This document shows positions 37,200 through 47,200 of a DNA stretch of 64,000 bases, piece after piece (position 1 is the first letter of the stretch; each line of letters starts with the position of its first letter). The DNA comes from a virus (Duplodnaviria; Caudoviricetes), in the IMG/VR virus record IMGVR_UViG_3300007214_000006, one strand, 5' to 3'. The notes beneath the pieces are model-generated. The model was not told where the DNA came from. It did no database searches and was given only the letters and a program-made list of their open reading frames with translations. Made by a program: the position numbers and the translations under genes.

Positions 37200-37905
37200 A
37201 AATAAACAAACATTATCTGCTATTATTTTAGCATCGGAAATTACTAAAGGAATGAAATCTGTAGGATCAAAAGCGCTATTGCCGATATATGGATCTGTAA
37301 CCTTGATAGACTATCAAATACAGTCATTAAAAAGATTTTATAATCCAATTCAGATACATATATGTACTGGTTTTGATCATGAAAAAATTGTGAAAAAAAC
37401 ACAAAAGTACAAAGATATAAAATATATTTACAACAAAGATTATGCTATACACAATCAAGTGGATTCTTTATTGTTATGCTTAAATAAATATAATTTAAAC
37501 CATGCTTTAGTTATTAATAATGGTGTTATTATGTCTCAAAAAATTATTATAGATTACAATAACACAGAAATTTTTACTATTAATTCTTCAAAAAAAATAG
37601 AATTCGGTATAGGATGCAATATACAAGATGAGCACACAAACTATTTATTCTATGACTTACCAAATAAATGGATAGAGTGCGCATTTATCAATACCAGTGT
37701 TATAAAATTTCTACTAGAATATTCTAAAATAAAAGATTTATCTAAATTATTTTTATTTGAAGCATTAAATCTTGTATCAGAAAATATACATAGCCTTAAA
37801 ACACAACAAATAGATAAAACCTCAGCAATAAAAATTAATACCATAAAAGACTTATCAAGAGCGAAAAAATACTATGAAAAATATATTTGTTCAAAACAAT
37901 TATAA
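37189..37905 (+). CDS. Divergent NTP-transferase (MobA/LicC/GlmU-like fold)
   Basis: AIILAS..KGMKS.GSKALL.I..TLIDYQI, ICTGF, YNKDY..HNQVDSL, INTIKDL; lacks the canonical G-x-G-x-R. Confidence 0.65.
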   Translation: MTNKNKQTLSAIILASEITKGMKSVGSKALLPIYGSVTLIDYQIQSLKRFYNPIQIHICTGFDHEKIVKKTQKYKDIKYIYNKDYAIHNQVDSLLLCLNKYNLNHALVINNGVIMSQKIIIDYNNTEIFTINSSKKIEFGIGCNIQDEHTNYLFYDLPNKWIECAFINTSVIKFLLEYSKIKDLSKLFLFEALNLVSENIHSLKTQQIDKTSAIKINTIKDLSRAKKYYEKYICSKQL

Positions 37906-38581
37906 TAAATTTATTAATAATTTACAAAACATAACTATTCCAAATTTTAATTTTTATTTTAATAAAGTTGAAAATAATTTACATAAATTATTTTTTACAT
38001 TAAATTTAACAGATTATATATTTTGCTCTTCTGGCATTAATGATGAGGTCATCTCTTTCATAAAAGATAATGAAGAAAAAAATATTAATATATATATTTA
38101 TCACGATATATATAATGAATATTTGACAAAAATCATACCTAAAGCTAAACATATTATAGATGAAGAGCATTATACAGATTTTGGCGTCAAATTAAGCAAT
38201 AATATTATTAATACAGATTTATATTATAATGATAAAAATATAGTAAAAAAGAATCAAATTATAGTATTTTTAGAAAAACAAACAGCCATACCAGAAGCAA
38301 TCAAAGAAAAATTATATCCTGATGGTATGAACGTATTAATGTTCAATAGCTCTTCCATCCAGAACGATCAAAATATTGGGTTTTTACTAGAGTCTGATAG
38401 GGCTGATATTCTCAGAAAATCTCTATATTTTGCATGTGATGCGGACTATTATGGCATAGAAGCAAAATTATGTGGATGCGAAATATTAAATATTCATAAT
38501 CTTGATGATAATATAAGCAATAAATATGATACAACAAATTATATAGAATATAGAGAATATGTAAGGGATACATTATCATGA
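37874..38581 (+). CDS. Divergent glycosyltransferase-like protein
   Basis: NIINTDLYYND, EAKLCGC (cf. EA..cG of GT-B). Confidence 0.45.
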   Translation: MKNIFVQNNYNKFINNLQNITIPNFNFYFNKVENNLHKLFFTLNLTDYIFCSSGINDEVISFIKDNEEKNINIYIYHDIYNEYLTKIIPKAKHIIDEEHYTDFGVKLSNNIINTDLYYNDKNIVKKNQIIVFLEKQTAIPEAIKEKLYPDGMNVLMFNSSSIQNDQNIGFLLESDRADILRKSLYFACDADYYGIEAKLCGCEILNIHNLDDNISNKYDTTNYIEYREYVRDTLS

Positions 38582-39039
38582 AAAGAAATAATGATCTTGG
38601 GTTTTTAATGCCCATACTCGACAATAATCAGTCATGCAACCTAGCGTGTAATACAATCTCAAAACTAATTTTAACAAGACCCAAAAAACAAATATGTATA
38701 TTTAATAGTTATTCTGAAAAAATACAAACCTATAATATACCAATATTACATATTAATCAAGCTAAATTTTTTAGAGGGGATATGGTAGTATTTGATTTAT
38801 ATTGTTTAGAATTATGCGGCTCTTTTTCTTTGTTAGAAAATGTATACTATTATGCTCAAAATATTCCTTGGTCTAATAATCAATCTTTGTATAGACAATG
38901 GAAAAAATTATTTGATAAAAATAATGTCAAAATTATTGCTGCTAACAAATATATTAATGACATGTATAATATAGCATGGTCCAATTCTATAGGAATTTCG
39001 GAGACATTTGATTATGAAACAATCAATAATTTACTCTAA
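38578..39039 (+). CDS. Hypothetical protein resembling a GT-B N-terminal lobe
   Basis: Operon-packed; YYYAQNIPW, KIIAANKY. Confidence 0.5.
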   Translation: MKRNNDLGFLMPILDNNQSCNLACNTISKLILTRPKKQICIFNSYSEKIQTYNIPILHINQAKFFRGDMVVFDLYCLELCGSFSLLENVYYYAQNIPWSNNQSLYRQWKKLFDKNNVKIIAANKYINDMYNIAWSNSIGISETFDYETINNLL

Positions 39040-39817
39040 TTTAAATGATCAAGAAAAATATAAAATATTACAAGATCTATATATTAACAAAAAAATGAGT
39101 TTTGCAGATATTGCTCGACAATATAATACTTATGCAAACAAAGTTAGAAGAGATGCGATATCTCTAAAAATTAAGATTAGAGATAAATCGGAAGCGCAAA
39201 AAAACGCTTTAAATACTGGCAAGCACAAACATCCGACAAAAGGTACGATTAGGTCTGAAGATACTAAGAATAAAATAGGTAAAGGGGTAATGATTTCATG
39301 GGATAATTTATCAGAATCAGAGATGCAAGAAAGAAAAAATAAAGCCAAACAAAATTGGGAAAATCTTAGCAAAGATGAAAAGCAACATATGCTTAAGCTT
39401 GCTAATAATGCTGTTAGAGAAACAAGTAAAGTAGGATCAAAACTTGAAAAATACATATTGTCTAATCTAATAAAAAATGGATATAAAGTAGATTTTCATA
39501 AGGAACAAACACTATCAAATACAAAGTTGCAGATTGATCTATTTATTTCTAGTATAAATACAGCTATAGAAATAGACGGGCCTTCTCATTTCGAGCCTGT
39601 TTGGGGAGATGAGGCACTAAAAAGAAATATATCTTACGATAACAAAAAAGAAGGATTAATTATTGGTAAGGGTTGGAATCTGATCAGAATAAAACAAACA
39701 AAGGATTTTTCTAAAACCAGGGCTGATTTGATTTGTTTAAAGTTAGCAAATATATTAGCCAAAATTAAATCAGGAAACACATCGGGATCAAAAACTTTTA
39801 ATATAGAGGACAAGTAA
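39014..39817 (+). CDS. HTH + NUMOD3-like + DUF559/Vsr-type endonuclease (free-standing homing endonuclease-like)
   Basis: MSFADIARQY (HTH), HPTKGTIRSEDTKNKIG (NUMOD3-like), QIDLF...AIEIDGPSHF. Confidence 0.75.
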   Translation: MKQSIIYSNLNDQEKYKILQDLYINKKMSFADIARQYNTYANKVRRDAISLKIKIRDKSEAQKNALNTGKHKHPTKGTIRSEDTKNKIGKGVMISWDNLSESEMQERKNKAKQNWENLSKDEKQHMLKLANNAVRETSKVGSKLEKYILSNLIKNGYKVDFHKEQTLSNTKLQIDLFISSINTAIEIDGPSHFEPVWGDEALKRNISYDNKKEGLIIGKGWNLIRIKQTKDFSKTRADLICLKLANILAKIKSGNTSGSKTFNIEDK

Positions 39818-39820
39818 ATC

Positions 39821-40543
39821 ATGAGCAAAATTAAAAAAGAGACCGCAGAAGTCAAGCCAGATACCCAGGAATCGATCAAAATACCTACATGTAATGATCT
39901 GGAGTGGACCGACTACGTTCTGGGGCTTTTATCCGATGATGAAAAAATAAAGGGCAATCCAACAACAGATGGTCTAAGAAGAATTTTTGAAATAGCATTA
40001 AAATGTACAGTTATACATTCTGATACAACAGTCATCCAATCTCCTTCTCCAGATAACGAAAAAAGAGCCACAGTAACTCATAATTTGACATATGTAATGA
40101 ATGATAAGTCTATAGATGAGGGATTATTAGTTAGATCAACAACAGGAGCTGCGGATGTTTATTGGGGAAATTGCGACAAGATATATAGAAATCATCCTGT
40201 TGCTGTAGCAGAAACCAGGGCGGAAGGCAGGGCTTTAAGAAGAGCCTTAAAATTAAGAAAAGTAGTAGCAGCAGAAGAATTAACAGAAGATACAGAAGAT
40301 CATCCAGATGCTAATTCTGTTAATAAAATTACTAATAATCAAATTAATTTTATTGACGTGATTGCTCAACGTCTTAATATAAATGTAAGCAAACTATTGA
40401 AGCAACAATCTTTGGATAATAAAAATATCTATGATCTTGCTCATCAGGATGCTGTTGACATAATCAGATTATTGTCAAAATATCAACAAACCGTAAGTGA
40501 TATTGCAGAAGATATCATAGGCTATAATAATGAATGGAAATAA
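39821..40543 (+). CDS. Candidate Rad52/Sak-like single-strand annealing protein
   Basis: GAADV...HPVAVAETRAEGRALRRALKL...AAEEL. Confidence 0.5.
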   Translation: MSKIKKETAEVKPDTQESIKIPTCNDLEWTDYVLGLLSDDEKIKGNPTTDGLRRIFEIALKCTVIHSDTTVIQSPSPDNEKRATVTHNLTYVMNDKSIDEGLLVRSTTGAADVYWGNCDKIYRNHPVAVAETRAEGRALRRALKLRKVVAAEELTEDTEDHPDANSVNKITNNQINFIDVIAQRLNINVSKLLKQQSLDNKNIYDLAHQDAVDIIRLLSKYQQTVSDIAEDIIGYNNEWK

Positions 40544-40545
40544 TT

Positions 40546-40866
40546 ATGAAAGTATTTTATAAGGCTAGCGAAAAATTAACCTTTGAACTAGAATCAGAAG
40601 GACAAAAAGAAATATTTAAAGATCTGGCTTTGATACAAGAAATATTCAGTGAGGAAAAATGCGGATTATGCGGAAGCACAAATCTAAAATTTGTAGTAAG
40701 AAATGTAGAAGGTAACGATTACTATGAAATAAGATGCGCTGATTGCGGGGCTGTTTTAGCGTTCGGTCAACATAAAAAAGGCGGCACATTATTTCCTAAA
40801 AGAAAAGATGATGATGGTAACTGGCTCCCTAATAAAGGTTGGCACAAATATCAGAAAAAAGACTGA
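40546..40866 (+). CDS. Zn-ribbon hypothetical protein
   Basis: CGLCGS...YYEIRCADCGA...FGQHKKGG. Confidence 0.7.
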   Translation: MKVFYKASEKLTFELESEGQKEIFKDLALIQEIFSEEKCGLCGSTNLKFVVRNVEGNDYYEIRCADCGAVLAFGQHKKGGTLFPKRKDDDGNWLPNKGWHKYQKKD

Positions 40867-40867
40867 A

Positions 40868-41203
40868 TCACCATTTGTCGATAGGACAATTCTGATCCTT
40901 GTTTGCCAATTTATTCATATAATTTCTATCTCTAGTAATAGCACATCCACATTTTGTGCAAGTATTATTTGTTAGAAATTCGCAAGATAAGCATATCTTA
41001 TATCTTTGCTCTATTAATTCAACGGAGCTTTCTGGTATTAGGGAATGTATGGCTGCTGGAACATGTTCTTTATCTTTTAATAGTGGACTTTTGCAAGGAA
41101 ACATGGGCGGTTCGTTAGAGTCATAAAAAATTACTTTATTTCCGCATTTAGAGCATTCATAATAGTCGTTAACTTTAACAAAATTACAAAATATATCTGA
41201 CAT
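40868..41203 (-). CDS. Cys-rich small protein
   Basis: Start moved to ATG 41203, just after the stop of the upstream giant gene; CSKC, and C-terminal CLSC...CTKCGC...K...CPIDKW. Confidence 0.75.
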   Translation of the reverse strand: MSDIFCNFVKVNDYYECSKCGNKVIFYDSNEPPMFPCKSPLLKDKEHVPAAIHSLIPESSVELIEQRYKICLSCEFLTNNTCTKCGCAITRDRNYMNKLANKDQNCPIDKW

Positions 41204-41207
41204 ACTA

Positions 41208-44200
41208 TTAACTAAAATCATACGGTATCCAATATGTTTCGTCTTTAGATTTGACCATCTCTCTTCCTCTGTGCTCGACCCCATCCACACTTCCAAAATA
41301 AGTTCTAAATAACATTTCGTTAAGCCACTGGTAATAAACATTTGGCGGTGCTACATAAGAGCCGGTTTTAGAATCAATACATTTCCAAACTCTAAAAGAT
41401 GAATCAGACGGGCCACCAGGAGCTGGGAGGATACTTTTTGTTAATTCCCCAAAATTATTTGGCTCGTAAAGATCAAATTCAAGATCTTTATTCCTTAATA
41501 ATCTTGGTATTCTTTTAAACTCAACATAGAGTTCGTTTGTATTATCTAAATTAAAAATATTATATACTTTATTTTTTAAATCTCCATCTGGCTCTATATC
41601 AGGATTTTCTGGACCAATAGGCGTGATATATTCATAAATTCCTATAACTTCCTGAGCCCTTTCTTTACCATCAAGACTTAGAAAAAATTTTCTTTCTATT
41701 ATATAATTAGGATTATTTTCTTCTGGCCATTTTACTTTTGTATATTTAGATTTTATAGCTTCTATACCTTCATCTGATAATTTATATTCAAATCCATAGA
41801 GTCCTCTGTTATTATTAAAACTTTCATTTACACCTATATCTTCTGGAATATCATTTACTGATGGCTGAATACATATTGTTTTAGCATTTAAAGTTACAAT
41901 ATCATTGTAGCCTAAACATTTAAATTTTACAGTCTTTAATACTTTTGGGCTTCTATCTTTATCGATAGCACAACCCTGTTCTGGATCTATATTTATCCAA
42001 TATAAATTTTTGTTTTCTTTTTCTTTAATAGTCAGGGACTGGTCATTATTTTGCGTTATCTGAATATTAATATGAGGTATACTAGCAATGTTATCTATAG
42101 GATTTTCTAGTTTATTTAAATAATATTCTATATTATTTTTTTCATCGTATAATTGCCTTAATACTATCATAGCTTCTTCTTTTTCTGAATACATTTGTTT
42201 ATTTCCTTCAGAAGAAGAAAATGGAAAAATGCCATATGTTTTTGATAATTTTTTACTTTCTGTGATTTTAGCCTCTATGAGATCTTCTAGAACCAACAAT
42301 CTATCTTTTAATTTAGGTAAATCTCCAGGATTTTCTAATTTATATATTTTAATTGGAGTTAAATTTTTATCAAATATAATTGTTCCTGTCAAAAAACCAC
42401 CATCTTGTCTACTCAGGTCGATATCAATTTCTGTAATTTCATTATTAAGAATCTGCTTTTCGTACACATTAAAATGAATATCTTTAAATATTTTGTTATA
42501 TATTTTACCATATTCTTTATTGATATTATTATCTATATATATGTGTTTATGTTTATTTATAGAATTATTAATATTATTTGTTTTATATATAAATGCATGA
42601 CTTTTAATAGTGCCATCAATTTTTGTATTGGAGTTATCAAGTATAATGGAGCAGGTATTTCTATCTAATGAAGAATTTTTTCTATAATGAATTCTATCTA
42701 TAAATGGAATAATCTTGCTTTGTATATCTGGTTCGGACAAAGTAAATCTTGTGGTAACATTCGAACCATACCCATAATTACCAACTCCCCAAGCAGAAAT
42801 ATTTTGATCTTCTGACATATTCGTATTTATTGCTTGACTATTGCCGAAAGACCAAATATTTAAAGGTATAATATTTTTATTATCAATAGTAGTATACTCA
42901 TCATCCATAACTATAATTCTATTACTATTTTTTTCTGACAACGAGATAATGCTCCCAGATTCTGCAGAAGATTCAAGAATTAAAATAGTTTTATAGGATT
43001 CTGAATCAAATATATATCCAATATTTAATATATTATTCTCTAGAATATTGTGTTGCAGCAAAAAGATTTGGCTCTCTAAATAGGTCAAAACAAAATCTTT
43101 TTTGTTCTCAGTTTTGTAATCGGCTAGTCTTTTTTTAAATGTTTCCAACGATTCAGTATCTATATCTTCTGGTTTTTTAGGAGTAAATTCTACTATTTTT
43201 TTATTGTTTTCGAAAAAATAATATGCCCTTAAACCTTCTATAACTACCAGCCTTTTTTCGTCTATTAATGTATCAAAATTATCTGTATTTTTAGTCAAAT
43301 CAAAAATATTATTATATTTTACATAATTATCGGTATATAACATATCCTTAAAGCTATTAATGGGTTTACCAGGAATACCCCCTAGTCCCATTAAACTTTT
43401 TACAAATATATAAACCTGTTTTCTATCTTTATTTCCGCTTATATGACAGATATCATCATCATATAACTTAGTGTCTAAAGGATCAATCTCCCCATCTTCT
43501 GTTAAAGTCTTTATATAGTTTTTATAAAAAATATCTATAAAATTATCGTCTTGTACAAGATTACTTTTGAATAAAGATAAATTTCTTAGGTATCCATCAT
43601 AACATAGTTTATAAAATTTATATTTTGGTTTATTCATAACTACTGAATTATTATATTTAAATATAGAAGCTTCTAACTTATAAAACATTTCATTATCTTT
43701 TGATATGCTCAATAAAACTTTGTCAGAAGATCCAACAGGATATTTCTGATAATTCGGAACATACCAATCTTGATTAAATGTATCTCTTTGTCTCTGAGTT
43801 CTCATAGAGTTTAAAGTATCGACAAGAACCCTTGTCTGTTCGTTCATTGCTGAATCAAATCCACCAAAACCAGCCGCAGCCCCTATCAGGGTTATTGGAA
43901 AAATAAATAATAAAGGCATAATAACCAAAGGATTAGGTTGGGAATATTTAGGAATATTAATATTTTCTTTAGAATATCTACATAATCTACCATCTATAGT
44001 GTAAGCATTAGGAGCATTAATCACAGAAGGAGGTAATAAATGTAATTTATCAGTCAAATCAGCAATAAAATTGTATCCAGGAATAGATGGGTTTTCATTT
44101 TCATATTTAATATTGCCTAACATATCTCCAGGAATAAATCCATGATTATTCTCTGTTCTATGTAAAATAAGTTCCCAATTACAAAGACTATTTTGAACAA

Positions 44201-47200
44201 GGTTTGATCTATTTCTTTGTATACACGAATCAAACCCCGTCATTTGTTGCGTGGCTATAACTCTATCATATGGCTCAAAAATATCGGATTCATCGGTTAC
44301 AGCTATACACAAAGTAAATGTAGTATCAGAAGAATTGGGCGCTTGATTGGATTCTTTGCTTTGAGAAAATAATGGCATGCCTATAACTTTGCTAAATTTA
44401 TGACTATTATTGCATAATTTATTTTCTATCATAATTTTTTTGTACTTAGCAACCTCTATATCGGAATATCCAGCAGCACTAAGTGTTGCAGATAAGTCTA
44501 TTGTGTTATTTATTTTATTAGAAACATTATTGTCTATATATAGGGTGGATTCAGTATAATTATTATTGGATGCGTTTTTATATATGTCTAGAAGATCAGA
44601 AAATTTAATATTAACATTATATTCATAATCTTCTATGTGTTCTTGATTTAATAAATAAATTCTATAAACAGGATCTCTCGGGGTTTTGGGATCATCTTTA
44701 AATGGTGAGATACTACTTTCTCCTTTTAATGAAATATTATCATTCATATACCACAACGAATATAAAAACTTTTTAATTTCGTCAGGGTGGGTTGCTGGTG
44801 CGCCGACACCTTTTATCTCCCCGTATCGGTCTGGCAAAGAAGAAAATTCTGCATATTTTTGATAATATGAGTCTTTAAACCAAGGATCTTTTGGTTTGCT
44901 TGGATTACCATCTTCAGACGGTGGAGGATTCAGTCTTTCTGATACATTTGCACATGGATATATTTCTAACCAGATTACTAAATTTTTCGGATTAACATAA
45001 TTAAGAAAATTTAATTTCACTTCTATATTGCCTATGCTTGATCCACCGTGCCTATTCCACCTTAATCTCCTCTTTCCTTTAGATTTTCTATCTTTAAATG
45101 GTATCAATGAGCCAGGTCGAGAAAAAGTATAACTAGTATAGTAATTATTTTCTGCTATATTATCTGTACAATAATTATCTGATGATACCGGATTATCATC
45201 TTCTATAGCCAGGTTTTGATCGAATTCATCATTATAATTTAATGTTTTTAATGATACATTTCCTCCTATACTTCTATATCCATAATTTGTAATATAATCT
45301 CCTACCTCGGCTCTTTCGTATGCCTCAAGATCTTCATCGTTTTTGATATTATTTGGATCATATGCTATTTTATCTACTTTTAATAATATTGAGCTTTTGT
45401 ATATTCTTGTTTGACCATCTAAAAAATCGTTATCTAATGTGTGAAATCCTGGTCCTTTAAATACTTGTACGTCTCTATTATATGGATCAAAATTAACAAC
45501 AGAAGATAGGTTATTAAATTGTTTAGAATTTGTCCAACCATGATAGGGGTGGAAACATCCTTTTCTGAATAGTATCGGAGATCCGAAAGAAAGATCTGTA
45601 TCATGACATAAATGAGTTACCGTTCCATCATCTCTTTTATTGCCATTTAAAAGTTCTTCTTTTGTATCTATATTTTTAAGATAGGATCCTGGTCGTGGAT
45701 GATATGGAATATTAATATTTAATGATTTTATAATATCTGCAGAAAACCCTCCATATGCGCCAACATTTAAATGATTTGTTGATAATTCAGTTGGAGCTTT
45801 TACAGAAACAGTCTCGTCGTTATCCGAAGGGTCTATAAAATCAAATCCAGAAAGATTCGAACCACCATCCAATATAAACCCGGCTTGATCCACAATCCCC
45901 TCATATAAAGAAGGACACCCTAATCCTTTCTCTGTAGGATCTGATAAATGAGTTAGAGTAATTCTATCTAAAATAATAATAGTATTATTACAATCATATG
46001 TTATAGAAAAAGGACACTGCAAATTTTGTATAATTTTATTACCTTTTTTATCCATAACCATAGGTATAGCAAATTTATGATAATTATTACCTAAAGGTAT
46101 AACTGCTGGGGGTAAACTATTTCCAGGGCCTGGTGGTTCATCAGGATTAGCTAAACCTTGAGGAACTTTTACAGAACAGTCTGTGTATGATGGCCAAAAT
46201 ACTCCTTGTTTTCCTATATAGCATTCTCGAATATTAGGAATCATTATAGATAAATTTCTTCGAGCTTCTATATATTGTACTGAAGCTGGTCGCAATCTGG
46301 TGAATCTGGTATAGGATGTAGTAATAATAGTATTTTCTTCTTCTGTTTGTTCCCTATCTTCTCCTTCTATGTTTGTTTTTTTTGTTTCTATTATTCCATT
46401 AACATGTATGGTAACAGTATCATATATTGTAGCAAAAGATGTTCTAACACGGACTTCTAAAACATATTTCCCTGGAGCCTTAATGAAAATCTTTGGCCCC
46501 GCTGATGTGGCTGTTTCGTATCTGAGAGTTGGTTGTTTGGGATCTCCAAATCTTATGCAATCAGTTCCGGAAACTCTTCTCCATAATATATCTGGAGCTT
46601 CAGCTCCTATTATACTAGTTTCATATTTTTGATTATATTCTATTGCGTCTGGTAGTTGATATTCGATTTCTTTTATAGAAGATGCATCTTGTCTTCCAAA
46701 GTCTATTTCTATGTCAGGACCAGCTGTAATAGGTATTCTAATATTTTTTATTTTAGTTTTTTCTATATCCCATAATGGTATAATATTTTTTTCGGCAGGA
46801 TTTTGTGAGTTTTCTAAAATTATTTTTGTAGCGGTATTATCAAAATTTGTTTTTATATTGAAAAATCCCGCACTAATAGAAACATTATTATAAATTGTCT
46901 GATTAAATAAATTTTTATCACATTTACTAGTTATTTCTTGATTAATCTTGATGTGTGGCCCATTAGGTAATCCTTCTCTATATTTTAATTCAGAAATATT
47001 TTCTAATTTAAGTTTTGATCCATACTTATGTATAATCTTATAAAATAAATCACTACGTGTAGAAACAAAACCATTAGAGTATGTAGATTGATGATTTGTT
47101 TTTAAGTTTACATTAGTATTTAAATCAGAAAAATATTTTGTTATTATATTTAGTGCTTGCTTTACAATTGTTATTTCATTTTCAACCGACCTAGGTACAG

